DNA of 64,000 nucleotides, from NCBI GenBank assembly GCA_020059605.1, contig JAGVBT010000044.1:42554-106553 (forward strand), written 5' to 3'. Below the pieces are notes generated by a model. The model ran no database searches. It had not been told where the DNA came from and saw nothing but the letters and a program-made list of their open reading frames with translations. Source of the DNA: Deltaproteobacteria bacterium (lineage in GTDB: Bacteria > Desulfobacterota > BSN033 > UBA1163). The position numbers and the translations under genes are program-made. The first letter of the stretch is position 1. The number at the start of each line of letters is the position of its first letter. Shown piece by piece: positions 37,174-47,559 of this stretch.

Positions 37174-38886
37174 GTGAAAAATAAAGAACTCGCTGACCTC
37201 TTCGATAAGATGGCGGATATCCTTGAATTCAAAAACGAGAATCCTTTCAAGACCAACGCCTATCGAAAGGCCTCGCGGGTTCTGGGCGATCTCACGCAGG
37301 ATATCGAAGGGGTTTCGGAGAGAGGGGAACTGAAAAAGATTTCAGGAATTGGCGAGGGAATCGCCCAAAAGATTGAAGAGTACCTAAAGACCGGAAAGGT
37401 CTCCAAATTTGAAGAGGTGAGAAAAGGGGTCGGGGATGAATTGATCGCCTTGATGGGTATACCGGGAATGGGACCGAAAACGCTTTCCCTCATTCATAAA
37501 GAGAAGGGGATTAAAAACTTATCCCAACTTGAAAAGGCCGTGAAGAATGGTTCCCTCATCGATCTTCCCGGGATGGGTGAGAAGAAGGTTGAAAACATCA
37601 AGCGGGGCATCCAGCTCCTCAAACAGAGTAAAGGAAGGATGAACCTGGGAATGGCCTTTCCCGTGGCAAAACGGATTGTTGAGTCCATGAGAGAGAGGAC
37701 AGGTTCAGAGAAGATCGAATGGGCAGGTTCCCTCCGGAGGATGAGGGAAAACATCGGAGACATCGACATCTTAGCCACTGGCCCCGACCATGAGAAGATC
37801 GTTCATGCCTTCACCCATCTCCCTGAAGTCAAAGAGGTCTTAACCTCCGGAGAAACAAAGGCTTCTATCATTGTTGAGGGAGGAATTCAGATTGACCTCC
37901 GGGTGGTGGAAGAGGGTTCCTATGGAGCGGCCCTTCAGTATTTCACAGGATCAAAAGCTCATAACATCCATCTCAGAGGAATTGCCAGGGCAAGAGGGAT
38001 TAAGATCAATGAGTACGGTGTTTTCAAAGGTGAGAAGAAGATCGGTGGCAAAGAAGAGAAGGATGTTTATAAAGCTCTTGGAATGGTTTGGATCGAACCT
38101 GAACTTCGGGAAGATCGGGGAGAGATCGAGGCGGCACAGAATCAGAACCTTCCCAAACTGATTGAGGAGTCTGAAATCAAGGGGGACTTTCATGTCCATT
38201 CCAACTGGAGCGACGGATCTTCTTCGATTGAAGAGGTCGCCAGGGCAGCTCAAAAGAAGGGCTATCAGTATATAGCGATCTGCGATCACTCCAAATCGTT
38301 AAAAATTGCCCACGGACTCGATGAGACAAGGCTGATAAAGCAGATGGAGGAGATCGACCGTCTCAATGAGAAGATGAAAGGATTTCAGATTTTAAAAGGA
38401 ACCGAAGTCGACATCCTGAGCGACGGAAGGTTAGATATTTCGGACAAGGTTCTGGAAAAACTCGATATTGTTGTTGCCTCTATCCACAGCGGTTTCAAGC
38501 AGGATAAGGAGAGGATGACCAAACGAATCCTAAAGGCTTTAGAGAATCCTTATGTCCACGTTCTCGGACACCCTACCGGCAGGCTTTTAGGAGCCAGGGA
38601 CCCCTATCAGGTTGAGATGGACGAGGTGATGAAGGCAGCCAGGAAATACGGAAAGGCGCTGGAGATCAATGCCTATTTCGAGCGCCTCGATCTGGATGAC
38701 CTCCACTGCCGGAAGGCAAAGGAGATGGGAATTCGAGTGGCCATCGGGACCGATTCCCACCATCTGGATCAGATGTGGGTGATGAGCCTTGGAATCGCGG
38801 TGGCCAGAAGAGGCTGGCTCGAAACTCAGGATGTCCTTAATGCCTTATCGCTTAAAGAATTCCTGAAGTGGTGTCACAAAAAATGA
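37174..38886 (+). CDS. Family X DNA polymerase with a C-terminal PHP phosphoesterase domain (PolX)
   Basis: The Pol-beta-like HhH and palm (GSLRRMRENIGDIDIL) and the PHP domain (HVHSNWSDG...) are present. Confidence 0.85.
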   Translation: MKNKELADLFDKMADILEFKNENPFKTNAYRKASRVLGDLTQDIEGVSERGELKKISGIGEGIAQKIEEYLKTGKVSKFEEVRKGVGDELIALMGIPGMGPKTLSLIHKEKGIKNLSQLEKAVKNGSLIDLPGMGEKKVENIKRGIQLLKQSKGRMNLGMAFPVAKRIVESMRERTGSEKIEWAGSLRRMRENIGDIDILATGPDHEKIVHAFTHLPEVKEVLTSGETKASIIVEGGIQIDLRVVEEGSYGAALQYFTGSKAHNIHLRGIARARGIKINEYGVFKGEKKIGGKEEKDVYKALGMVWIEPELREDRGEIEAAQNQNLPKLIEESEIKGDFHVHSNWSDGSSSIEEVARAAQKKGYQYIAICDHSKSLKIAHGLDETRLIKQMEEIDRLNEKMKGFQILKGTEVDILSDGRLDISDKVLEKLDIVVASIHSGFKQDKERMTKRILKALENPYVHVLGHPTGRLLGARDPYQVEMDEVMKAARKYGKALEINAYFERLDLDDLHCRKAKEMGIRVAIGTDSHHLDQMWVMSLGIAVARRGWLETQDVLNALSLKEFLKWCHKK

Positions 38887-38955
38887 ATTTCGGAATGCGG
38901 ATTGCGGAAAGCAGAATGCAGAAGGGAGAAGCAAACAGAAGGACTAGTAAGCGCA

Positions 38956-39234
38956 CTAAAGCCTCTTTATATATCGATCTGCCTCTTTTTTGCTGATAAC
39001 CCTGAGGATGACGATTTTCATAGACTGAATTTCGAAGAAGGCCCGAAACTTATCAATTCTCAGTCTGTAAAAAGTAGTCTTTTTACCTTTAATCTTCTTG
39101 ATCAATTTTCCCCTTGGGAAAGGGTTTTCTTTAAGGATCTTTAAATCCGAAACTACTTTTGTAACGATCCCCATTCCCAAATCATCCAGGTCCCTTGAGG
39201 CTGCCGGTGAGAGTTCGATCTTGAACCTATCCAT
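38956..39234 (-). CDS. RelE/ParE-family type II toxin
   Basis: 92 aa with the ...FYRLRIDKFRAFFEIQSMKIVILRV... RelE-like C-terminal pattern. It overlaps the upstream antitoxin. Confidence 0.65.
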   Translation of the reverse strand: MDRFKIELSPAASRDLDDLGMGIVTKVVSDLKILKENPFPRGKLIKKIKGKKTTFYRLRIDKFRAFFEIQSMKIVILRVISKKEADRYIKRL

Positions 39235-39490
39235 GCTTTGACTTTCTCTTTTTCAGATATTCATCGATTTCTATACCGCCAAGCTCCAGATATTCCTCTC
39301 TCGCTTTCTCCAGGGCGGCCTGAAACCTGGGATTGTTTTCAAGTAAGTAGTCTTCAAAATCGTCCTCTGAAATGCCTTTGATAATAGCCGTCGGTTTTCC
39401 CCTGGAGGTTACAACGACCTCCTCCTTTTCAGCCACTTTCAAAATTTCCGAAGTTTTGTTCTTAAGTTCCCTGACATTTGCAAATCTCAT
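39227..39490 (-). CDS. Phd/YefM-family antitoxin
   Basis: 87 aa with the Phd-like N-terminus MRFANVRELKNKTSEILKVAEKEEVVVTSRGKPTAII. There is an 8-nt overlap with the toxin gene. Confidence 0.7.
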   Translation of the reverse strand: MRFANVRELKNKTSEILKVAEKEEVVVTSRGKPTAIIKGISEDDFEDYLLENNPRFQAALEKAREEYLELGGIEIDEYLKKRKSKHG

Positions 39491-39586
39491 GGTTTTCTCC
39501 TTGTAGCTATATTCGTAGCTACAATATAAATCAATTATTTATTTCCGTCAAGCAAATTCCCCCCTTACCCCAATGCTCTTCACTTA

Positions 39587-39661
39587 AGCCGTTCGTGCTG
39601 AGCTTGTCGAAGCATGAACGGCTTAGCGACACACCCTTCGACAAGCTCAGGGTGAACGGGG
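39587..39661. repeat. Two inverted copies of the family-2 repeat forming a long composite palindrome
   Basis: GCCGTTCGTGCTGAGCTTGTCGAAGCATGAACGGC and CCCTTCGACAAGCTCAGGGTGAACGGGG. In the shadow ORF 39478..39738 it translates as ...LSLSKHERLSDTPFDKLRVNGD.... Confidence 0.7.
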
Positions 39662-39772
39662 ACAGCCTAACTGAACAGCACCACCCCTTACCCTCTTTTC
39701 TAAAGGGGGGATTGCAAACAAATATATGCTCTGAGTAATAAAAGAGAAAATTTGAACCCTCCCCCGATTTAT

Positions 39773-40705
39773 CTAAGATAAAAAATCTATGGCCAGCTTG
39801 TTGAACTTCTCCGGATACTCTTCGTGCGGGCTGTGTCCGGCCTTATCAAAGATCACCAATTTTGATCCATTCCAAAGACCATTTAATTTTTGTGACCGAT
39901 CTAAGGGAACGGCTTTATCCTCCCTACCGTGAATGATTAAGGTCGGTATGCTCATTTTGGACAAAAGGTTGGCTTCTTTTTCAACATACGGCTCTTTTAA
40001 GACATTACGTAGGATAAACATAAAACCAGCGGAAGATCCTTTGATACAAAGCGGCTGCAAGACTTCTTTACAATACTCCTCGGTTACCTTGTTTTTATCG
40101 TAGAACCATATCGTTTTAATATTGTTCTTCATCAAAGCATCTCCGGGAATGGCATTCATAAATTCACCAATAAAAGGGAACTGATAAATCTTGCCAATTG
40201 TCGTCATCGGCTGAGGGATAACGGTTGGGTCAACTAAAATAAGCCGATCAACCCTTCCGGGATGATGGGCAGCCACATAAACTGAAATCCCTCCACCCAT
40301 GGATTGTCCCACAAGAGTGGCTTTTTTGATATTCAGGGCATCCATGAATCCCACGATCTGTTTTCCATATCGTTCGAAGCTGTATTCCTTTTCCCCCAAT
40401 CTTTCGCTATACCCCCATCCCCAGAGGTCGATTGCGTAGACCTTAAATTTTTCGGCCAGGGCATCAATATTTTTCTTCCACATGACCGTATGATAGAGAA
40501 AGCCATGAATCAGTATGATGGGCGGGCCATTCCCGGCTTCCACATAGTGGACCTTTTTGCCATCTACGGTGACAAATTTCCCCTTGGCAAATTTTTGGAC
40601 AGCTTCCTCATAGGTACAGGTTTCTTTAGATGTCAATTGTGGGAGAATGATGATGAATAATACCAATGCGCCGACGATAATTAATAATGTGATGAATAAT
40701 TTCAT
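39773..40705 (-). CDS. Alpha/beta hydrolase-fold protein, membrane-anchored or secreted
   Basis: An N-terminal TM or signal segment and the nucleophile elbow GQSMGGG are present. The segment is AT-rich. Confidence 0.75.
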   Translation of the reverse strand: MKLFITLLIIVGALVLFIIILPQLTSKETCTYEEAVQKFAKGKFVTVDGKKVHYVEAGNGPPIILIHGFLYHTVMWKKNIDALAEKFKVYAIDLWGWGYSERLGEKEYSFERYGKQIVGFMDALNIKKATLVGQSMGGGISVYVAAHHPGRVDRLILVDPTVIPQPMTTIGKIYQFPFIGEFMNAIPGDALMKNNIKTIWFYDKNKVTEEYCKEVLQPLCIKGSSAGFMFILRNVLKEPYVEKEANLLSKMSIPTLIIHGREDKAVPLDRSQKLNGLWNGSKLVIFDKAGHSPHEEYPEKFNKLAIDFLS

Positions 40706-40916
40706 GGTTTCCTCCTTCTTTTCATTATGAACTGAGTCTTATCGGCTTGTCATTCCGGGGTTGAGTTAGCCTGCCCCGTACTCGATACGGGGGAATCCAG
40801 TGTTTTCCGGGATTTCCGCTTTCTCGGGAATGACGCCTTTTGCTACGATAAATGTCGCTGTGTATAATTCCTGTAATTTATTCCGAATTATTTTAAATTT
40901 GAACCCGTCCCCGATT

Positions 40917-40955
40917 TTACTATGGCTTTGCCGAGATTCTCATGTTAATTGGCAC
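40917..40955 (-). pseudogene. Degraded duplicate of the 3' end of the cyclase-STAND gene (fragment 1)
   Basis: The reverse complement encodes HENLGKAI..., matching the C-terminus of the 42476..45844 product ([14 protein letters not shown]...). Confidence 0.6.
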
Positions 40956-41031
40956 CTGTCTTTAATCCCATATTTGACAATTGTTACAAATGGGATTATC
41001 ATTGTAAACAAAACAAATTGGAGAAATCGAC

Positions 41032-41307
41032 ATGGCTGAAACTAAAATCTTGAAAACAGATTCGAGGGGACGAGTCGTTCTCCCTCCTCCTTTTCGAAGG
41101 GAATCTTTGTTCGAATATGCCGTTAAGGGTGATCAGATCATCCTCTATCCAGTCCGGACAGTCCGAAGATACCCCGATATGTCAGACCTGCCTGAAGAGG
41201 TTCTCTCCCCGGATTGGGTTGAAAGAGAGAAGAAAATTAATGCAGATACGCGACCCGGAATCGTTGCTCCAACCCCTTCAAAGGCGCTCAGAAAAAAGAA
41301 GAAATGA
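41032..41307 (+). CDS. AbrB/MazE/SpoVT-family antitoxin
   Basis: KILKTDSRGRVVLPPPFRRE is a swapped-hairpin motif. It is followed 6 nt later by the toxin gene. Confidence 0.6.
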   Translation: MAETKILKTDSRGRVVLPPPFRRESLFEYAVKGDQIILYPVRTVRRYPDMSDLPEEVLSPDWVEREKKINADTRPGIVAPTPSKALRKKKK

Positions 41308-41313
41308 CTTTCT

Positions 41314-41625
41314 ATGCCAGCGAAACCATTTCTCTTTGAACTCCACTTCGAAATCATCTTCTTGGAAAGCTATTCCCATTTGAAACCGGGTGAACAAAAA
41401 GCGATTGATAAAGCGGTCAGGTTTCTCAGTGCAAATCCTCGACATCCATCCCTCAATGTTCATAAGGGGAAAAACGTCAAAGGAAAGTATGCCGAGGGAG
41501 GAAATGATGTCTTCATCGCATATGCTTCGAAAAGTTTAAGACTCACCTTTGAATACGGTCCTCAACCGGGCATGATCGCCCTACGCAATTGTGGGCATCA
41601 TGAATCATGCGAAAGAAAAATGTGA
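41314..41625 (+). CDS. RelE/ParE-superfamily toxin (probable)
   Basis: 103 aa. The pattern ...KGKNVKGKY...DVFIAY..SLRLTFEY is RelE-like. It pairs with the AbrB-like gene. Confidence 0.45.
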   Translation: MPAKPFLFELHFEIIFLESYSHLKPGEQKAIDKAVRFLSANPRHPSLNVHKGKNVKGKYAEGGNDVFIAYASKSLRLTFEYGPQPGMIALRNCGHHESCERKM

Positions 41626-41649
41626 ACCCTCCCTAATTTCTTACAAAAG

Positions 41650-41760
41650 GGCTAACATTTCTTTTTCATATTTTTCGACCCAGCCGTCGGCGCCGCATTC
41701 TTTCAAGATTTCTATGGCTTTGCCGAGATTCTCATGTAGATTGGAACCCTTCTTTAATTT
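41650..41760 (-). pseudogene. Degraded duplicate of the 3' end of the cyclase-STAND gene (fragment 2, with its own stop)
   Basis: The reverse complement encodes ...[38 protein letters not shown]. The authentic end is ...[32 protein letters not shown]. The identical run TCGACCCAGCCGTCGGCGCCGCATTCTTT starts the copy here (41673-41701) and at 42510-42538. Confidence 0.75.
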
Positions 41761-41801
41761 CTACTCTTGACGTAATCAAAAAATTACGCTATTTTGATAG
41801 G

Positions 41802-42122
41802 GTGATTAAGCCAGACCCCTCTCTTGAGCCCGATTGGGATGAGGACAATATTGACCATATTGCCGAACATGGTCTTCGGCCGGAACAGGTTGAAGAAGTC
41901 TATTATGGTGAAGGGCCATTTCCTACTCTCGCTCTTAAAACTAAAAAACAAAAGGGTCGAGTTGCCGAGTATCGTTATCGGTTATGGGGGACTGATGCAT
42001 CGGGAATGTATATCGAAGCCATTATTGCCCCATACCCTGAATTTAGGCTTTGGAGGTGTGTTACCGCATTCCCCATGTCACCCTCCACACAGAAAGCCTA
42101 TTTAAGGAGAATCAAAAAATGA
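41802..42122 (+). CDS. BrnT-family (DUF497) ribonuclease toxin
   Basis: 106 aa. ...WDEDNIDHIAEHGLRPEQVEEV... is the BrnT pattern. Confidence 0.6.
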   Translation: MIKPDPSLEPDWDEDNIDHIAEHGLRPEQVEEVYYGEGPFPTLALKTKKQKGRVAEYRYRLWGTDASGMYIEAIIAPYPEFRLWRCVTAFPMSPSTQKAYLRRIKK

Positions 42123-42406
42123 AGAAAATTCCTCTCAAAATCAAAAAGAAGCTAAAAAGCGAGGCTAAAACATGGGATTCTTCTATTTCTCAAGAGAAGC
42201 CCAAAGAGGTATCCAGGCTGATCGAAAAAGCAGATTTATTTGTCGCCTACCGGCCTCCTCGGCAACCCGTTTCAGTGCGCTTAGATCCCTTCGACCTTGC
42301 ATTATTAAAGCGGATTGCCCGTAATAAAGGACTCCCTTTCACCCAGCTTATGTCCATGTGGCTGCACGAAAAAGTTGAGCAGGAGAAAACCAGAGTCGGA
42401 GCTTAA
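42119..42406 (+). CDS. BrnA-family antitoxin
   Basis: The start is at ATG 42119, with an ATGA overlap on the BrnT stop. The C-terminal RHH-like ...VSVRLDPFDLALLKRIARNKGLPFTQLMSMWL is present. Confidence 0.55.
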   Translation: MKKIPLKIKKKLKSEAKTWDSSISQEKPKEVSRLIEKADLFVAYRPPRQPVSVRLDPFDLALLKRIARNKGLPFTQLMSMWLHEKVEQEKTRVGA

Positions 42407-42475
42407 GTATATGCTCCTGAATCCCATTAATCCTCTAATGTAAACCCATCCCCAATTTCTACTATTCCGCTAATT

Positions 42476-45400
42476 TCACAAAGGCTGAGCCAATACTTTC
42501 TCGTACTTCTCGACCCAGCCGTCGGCGCCGCATTCTTTGAGAATCTCTATGGCCTTGCCGAGATTCTCCTGGGCTTTTAATCTATCCCCTTTTCGTTTAA
42601 ACAACTCTGCATAAAGAGCATAATCATTTCCCAGGTGGAACATCGTTCGATTTCTCTGATCGGCTTCAATGGCCTTCTGAATCCAATACTCTGCTTCAGA
42701 TAAGTGCTGGTCATCAATGTTAAGCAGAATCTCTCCGATAAGTCTTTGCATCCCACCTTCGGCTGCCTTTACTTTATTGTTTCGTGAATGCACATACAAA
42801 GATTCCAAATCCACACCCTTTTCTTTATTCATCACTTTCGATCTTGCTATAGCAACTCTTCCCCACCCCACCCAGGAAGGCCATAAACGATTGCGCTCGA
42901 AAGCCGAAATCCCTTTTTCGAAACGTTCTTTAGAGCCCTGGAAATTTCCCATTTCAAAATAGGTATCTCCCAGGTGATATTGGTTTCCCGCATCCCAGCC
43001 AGAAATATTAATCTTTTCACAAAATTCGAACCCCTTCAGCAGGTATTTTTCAGCTTCTTCAAGCAATCCTTTCCCATAGCAGGAAGTTCCGTGACTTGAA
43101 TATGCTATTGCCTTTGAATAAATATCACCGCTCTCTTCAGCAATCTGGAGGCCTTCATTCGAAGTCTTGAATTGCAGATCTATTCTCCCATGGTACCAAT
43201 GAGAAAAATAGGCCAAATTACTCATCGTTACCGCAATGCCCCAAAAATTTTTTGCTGCCACATTAATATCAATAGCTCTTTGTGAAAATTTAATTGCTCT
43301 TTCAAATTCGCAGTTCGCCCCTAAAGCATATCCAAACCAGCTACTTGCTAAAACTAAACTAACAATATCTTTTATCTCTTCCGATATTTTTAGGGCTTCC
43401 TCAAATGCTTTAAATGCCTCTGGATAATTTTCTTCTCCAGACCAATAGTATGTTCCGAGAATCATGTATATGTGAGAAAGTCTCCTTTTATAATCACGTT
43501 TGATGGCCAAATCAATAATTGGATCTATGGCTTCTTTGGCCTCAACAAAATGGTTCATTTGAGCGATATAAAGTCCAAGAACCGTCCTGGCATCGACAAT
43601 CTGTTTTTCAATATTCGCTGCCTGGGTTAATCGCTCAAGAGATGCTATTCTCGTCTTTGCATAAGCAATCGCATCATTAAACGAAGCTGTCTTCTCGGCC
43701 CTCCTGCTTGCCAACCTCGAATACTCAGCGCATTTTGAATAATTCTCACTCAAGAGGTAGTGTCCGGATAATACTTCATAACATTCACTTAAATTATCCT
43801 TGTAAAGTTCCTCGATATTGTTCCCAATCTCCTCATGAAGTTTCTTCTTCCTTTTGGCCAAGATGGAATTATAAACCACCTCACGAGTTAAAGCGTGTTT
43901 GAAGACATAATTCGATTGAGGGTATATGCCTCTTTCATAAAGAAGTTCTGAGTCTTTAAGGATAGAAAGGTAAGAGAGCAGGTCTTTTTCTGGGAGGCCC
44001 ATAATGCGGTTTATCAATGGATAACTAAACTCTCTCTCAATGACAGACCCGCTTTGGAGCACCTCTTTTGCCCTCTCAGGTAAGGAATCTACTCTTGCCA
44101 TAATCACATCCTGGAGTGTTAAAGGAATGGTCAGCTCATGGATATCTTTTGATAAACGAAATTTGTTATCTTCTCTCTCTATGATTCTTAATTCTCTCAG
44201 GGACTGTATAAACTCTTCAATGAAAAAAGGGACTCCTTCTGTCTTCTCCAGGATCAATTCCTCAAGTGATTTTTCAATCTCTTTTGTCCCTAAAATATGG
44301 GTTGCCATCTCAAGGCTCTCCCTATTCGAGAGCCGATGCAACGTTAATTGATTGTGATAAGACTTTGCGCCCCAGGTGTGTAAAAACTCAGGCCGGTAGG
44401 TAAATATTAATAACACCCTTGCTCCCGGGATGCTCTCCAAATTGTTTCTTAATACGTCCTCTGAACTCTTATCCAGCCAGTGCAGGTCTTCAAATGCCAT
44501 CACCAGAGGCCGTATCTCAGACCCTCTAAGAATGATCCGTTTTATTGATTCAATAATCCTATCTTTCTTTGATTCAGGGCTCATGGAAATCTGTTCGATC
44601 CCACTATCCTTGACTGAGAGAAGCTCAAGGAGATATGGGAGAGTCGAGGCTTCATCGACTCCTATTAATCTCAACCCTCTTGTGACTTTTTCTTTGATTT
44701 CCTGGTCCCCTTCTCCTTCATGAATATCGAAGTTTGACTTCAGGATGTCTATCACCGGGTGATAAGCTACCCCCCTGCTGTAGGAGAGGCATTTCCCTTC
44801 CAAAAAGGTTACATTTTCGTTGACTATTGCCTTCCTGAATTCATACAAAAGCCTCGATTTACCACAACCGGCCTCAGATACAATAGAAAACGCCTGGCCC
44901 TTTCCTGATTTGGCTCTCGTAAATCCATCGAGCAGAAGCTCAAGCTCACGTTCCCTTCCAACAAAGGGAGTCAGCCCGCGCTCAGCACTGACATCAAATC
45001 TTGTCCTTCTCGTGCTGGGAGCGATCACCTGAAAAACCTTTATGGGTTCTTCCTTGCCCTTAACATTTTTTTTCCCCAAAGCCTCAAACCTAAAAAACCC
45101 CTCCGTGAGTTTGAAGGTATCTTCGGTCACATAGGTTGTTCCTGGTTCTGCCAAGCCTTCCATTCGGGATGATAGATTCACCGTATCTCCAACCGCCTTG
45201 AACTCAACCCGAAGATCATTACCCAAGCTACCCACCACCACAGGACCTGTGTGAATACCAATACGCATCTTAATTGGCGTTATTCTGCTTTCGATTTTGA
45301 GCTGATCGCTGAACTTGCTCATCTCCCGATGGATGGTTAATGCAGATCGAATTGCACGCTGTGGAGCGTCCTCCAGAGCAATCGGCGCCCCAAAAAGAGC

Positions 45401-45844
45401 CACAATCCCATCACCGGTTAATTCGTTGACAGTCCCTTCATAATCATGGACCTTGTGGATGAGGATTTCGTAAACCTGATCCATCATGGAGTAAGCTTCC
45501 TCAGGACCGAGCTTTTCGGTAAGTCCCGTATACCCCTCCATGTCACAGAACATCACCGTGACCTGTTTGCGTTCACCTTCAATTCGGTCGCGTTGAGATA
45601 AGATTTTTTCGGTTAGACCCCCGGGAAGGTATTTTTGAATCTTGGCTATCTTCTCATCAAAGGAAAGTTCTCTGGTGAGCGGTTTTGAAGGAAGGGTTAA
45701 GTCGTGGCCACACTCACCACAGAATTTGAATTGAGGAGGGTTTGAAGAATTGCAATGGGGACAGATCTTTTCTAATTTGGCACCACACTCCCCACAAAAC
45801 TTCAAGTTTTCGGGATTTTCAGTCTGACATTTTGGGCATTTCAC
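42476..45844 (-). CDS. Multidomain signalling protein: double zinc ribbon, class III adenylate/guanylate cyclase, STAND-type AAA ATPase and TPR repeats
   Basis: The N-terminal CPKCQ...CGECG / CPHCN...CGECG is a double zinc ribbon. The cyclase core has [10 protein letters not shown]...[11 protein letters not shown]...[10 protein letters not shown]. The Walker A is [11 protein letters not shown]. The C-terminal roughly 450 aa are TPR-like. The gene is AT-rich. Confidence 0.8.
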   Translation of the reverse strand: MKCPKCQTENPENLKFCGECGAKLEKICPHCNSSNPPQFKFCGECGHDLTLPSKPLTRELSFDEKIAKIQKYLPGGLTEKILSQRDRIEGERKQVTVMFCDMEGYTGLTEKLGPEEAYSMMDQVYEILIHKVHDYEGTVNELTGDGIVALFGAPIALEDAPQRAIRSALTIHREMSKFSDQLKIESRITPIKMRIGIHTGPVVVGSLGNDLRVEFKAVGDTVNLSSRMEGLAEPGTTYVTEDTFKLTEGFFRFEALGKKNVKGKEEPIKVFQVIAPSTRRTRFDVSAERGLTPFVGRERELELLLDGFTRAKSGKGQAFSIVSEAGCGKSRLLYEFRKAIVNENVTFLEGKCLSYSRGVAYHPVIDILKSNFDIHEGEGDQEIKEKVTRGLRLIGVDEASTLPYLLELLSVKDSGIEQISMSPESKKDRIIESIKRIILRGSEIRPLVMAFEDLHWLDKSSEDVLRNNLESIPGARVLLIFTYRPEFLHTWGAKSYHNQLTLHRLSNRESLEMATHILGTKEIEKSLEELILEKTEGVPFFIEEFIQSLRELRIIEREDNKFRLSKDIHELTIPLTLQDVIMARVDSLPERAKEVLQSGSVIEREFSYPLINRIMGLPEKDLLSYLSILKDSELLYERGIYPQSNYVFKHALTREVVYNSILAKRKKKLHEEIGNNIEELYKDNLSECYEVLSGHYLLSENYSKCAEYSRLASRRAEKTASFNDAIAYAKTRIASLERLTQAANIEKQIVDARTVLGLYIAQMNHFVEAKEAIDPIIDLAIKRDYKRRLSHIYMILGTYYWSGEENYPEAFKAFEEALKISEEIKDIVSLVLASSWFGYALGANCEFERAIKFSQRAIDINVAAKNFWGIAVTMSNLAYFSHWYHGRIDLQFKTSNEGLQIAEESGDIYSKAIAYSSHGTSCYGKGLLEEAEKYLLKGFEFCEKINISGWDAGNQYHLGDTYFEMGNFQGSKERFEKGISAFERNRLWPSWVGWGRVAIARSKVMNKEKGVDLESLYVHSRNNKVKAAEGGMQRLIGEILLNIDDQHLSEAEYWIQKAIEADQRNRTMFHLGNDYALYAELFKRKGDRLKAQENLGKAIEILKECGADGWVEKYEKVLAQPL

Positions 45845-45983
45845 TCTTTTCCCCCTTCAATTGCATGATACTAAATAAATTGGGTGCCCCTAATTTTATT
45901 CGGCTGGCGGAAGGGTCTTCATCCGAAACGCCTTGCTCTATAGGTTTCCAGCACTGAAAAGATAGTCATCCTTGATACGTTCC

Positions 45984-47378
45984 TCATCGATTAGCATCTG
46001 TTCCATGAGCAGGCATACCCAAAAACTCACCCGTGATGCGTAGCACAGCATCCGCATCACCAAAGAAAGGCATATGAATACTTCCTTCTAATGGAACGAA
46101 GCGAGAGTTTGGAATCAAAGATGCCATCTCCCTCCCAAGATGGAATGGCATAGCCTTGCAACCCTTACGATGAATCACCAATGTAGGAACATGTAATCTG
46201 GGGAGAAGGTCTGTCACATCAAGGTCATATGTAAGATCTAACAATTTTGCAGCCATTTCTGCAGTAGCTGCCTCACGCTGTAAACGGATAACCCATTTGA
46301 GGGTAGAAACATCAGCGCCGGGTAAGAACATATCAGCCAAGGCCTTAGAACCAACTCCCCAGGCAGAACGAATCAGGGATGTAAAAGACTCCTTGAATTC
46401 CTTTGTAGTTATTGCCTCACCATTAGCATAAGAATCGAATAAGATTAAATGTGAAACACGTCTTGGATACTTAATTGCATAAGCGATGGCAACAGGACCA
46501 CCACAAGAAAATCCACACAATGCGAAACGTTTGAGCTTAAGATGGTCAATAACAGCCTCCAATGACCGAACCTCCGACTCTAATGTAAATTCTGTTCTGT
46601 TCCGTTCAGAAAGGCCACAGCCGTGTCTATCGTAAAGTACAAAGGTTTGATTACGAGTTCCTTTCTCTAAGTATTCACGTGTAAATGGATGTTCCCATTG
46701 TAACTGTAAATGACTGACCCATGCCGGAGGAAAAACCAAAAATGGTCCTTGGCCTACCACGGAGTAAGCGATGCGGACTCCATCAACGGTAGTGCAGAAT
46801 TGAATATGCTGGTCTATCACCTCCGCTGGAGAAAAAGTTCCACGCCCTATCAATACTCGATAAACCCTCACCGGCTTTGCAATATTCTTAACCGTTTGTT
46901 CGCCAAGATTCTCATAGCTTAACCCAAGTTTACCCTCAACTTGATCATAAGCTGTTCCTGAGATGCAGATCCCTCCGCCATTGGCCAGGCTCTGAACCCG
47001 AGCGGTGACATTGACTCCGTCACCGTAGATCCGCTCCCCTTCCTCAACAACATCTCCAAGATTGATCCCGATTCGAAATTCCATCCTGCTCTTTTCAGGT
47101 AGCTCAGCATTCTTTAGTTTGAGTTCCTTTTGGATTTCCACTGCACATTGCACAGCCTCTACGACACTAACAAATTCAGCTAAAAGATTATCTCCAGGGG
47201 AATCTACGACGCGCCCTTTGTGCTGTCTGATGAAGTTGGCCATGATTTCTCTATAAGTGGTTAGAGTCCGGATGGTCTCAATTTCATTCTCCTCCATGAG
47301 GCGGCTGTAACCTTTAACATCTGCACTGAAAATGGCAGCAAGCTTACGTTTAACCTCTTGGCTGTTCATGAAATTCAC
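45984..47378 (-). CDS. Class III adenylate/guanylate cyclase fused to an alpha/beta hydrolase domain
   Basis: The cyclase core has FSADVKGYSRLM...GDNLLAEF...RIGINLGDVV. The hydrolase part has GFSCGG (GxSxG) and downstream catalytic residues. Confidence 0.75.
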   Translation of the reverse strand: MNFMNSQEVKRKLAAIFSADVKGYSRLMEENEIETIRTLTTYREIMANFIRQHKGRVVDSPGDNLLAEFVSVVEAVQCAVEIQKELKLKNAELPEKSRMEFRIGINLGDVVEEGERIYGDGVNVTARVQSLANGGGICISGTAYDQVEGKLGLSYENLGEQTVKNIAKPVRVYRVLIGRGTFSPAEVIDQHIQFCTTVDGVRIAYSVVGQGPFLVFPPAWVSHLQLQWEHPFTREYLEKGTRNQTFVLYDRHGCGLSERNRTEFTLESEVRSLEAVIDHLKLKRFALCGFSCGGPVAIAYAIKYPRRVSHLILFDSYANGEAITTKEFKESFTSLIRSAWGVGSKALADMFLPGADVSTLKWVIRLQREAATAEMAAKLLDLTYDLDVTDLLPRLHVPTLVIHRKGCKAMPFHLGREMASLIPNSRFVPLEGSIHMPFFGDADAVLRITGEFLGMPAHGTDANR

Positions 47379-47559
47379 CCTCTAAAGGTTCTTAGGTTGG
47401 AAGAAGAGAACGCTGAAGAAAATATGAATCCGTCCTCAGTTGTGAATGATATAGGTTTATCGAGATGATCCACCTAACAGAACAAGAGGTTCTATTAAGT
47501 GGCAGATAGGCACATTTTGAGGCTCTTTCTCATTTAGAATACTGTGGTAACGGTGTCCA

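Noticed and set aside
39478-39738. 86-aa ORF containing LSLSKHERLSDTPFDKLRVNGD
   Set aside because: It is a translation of the family-2 palindromic repeat pair, not a gene.
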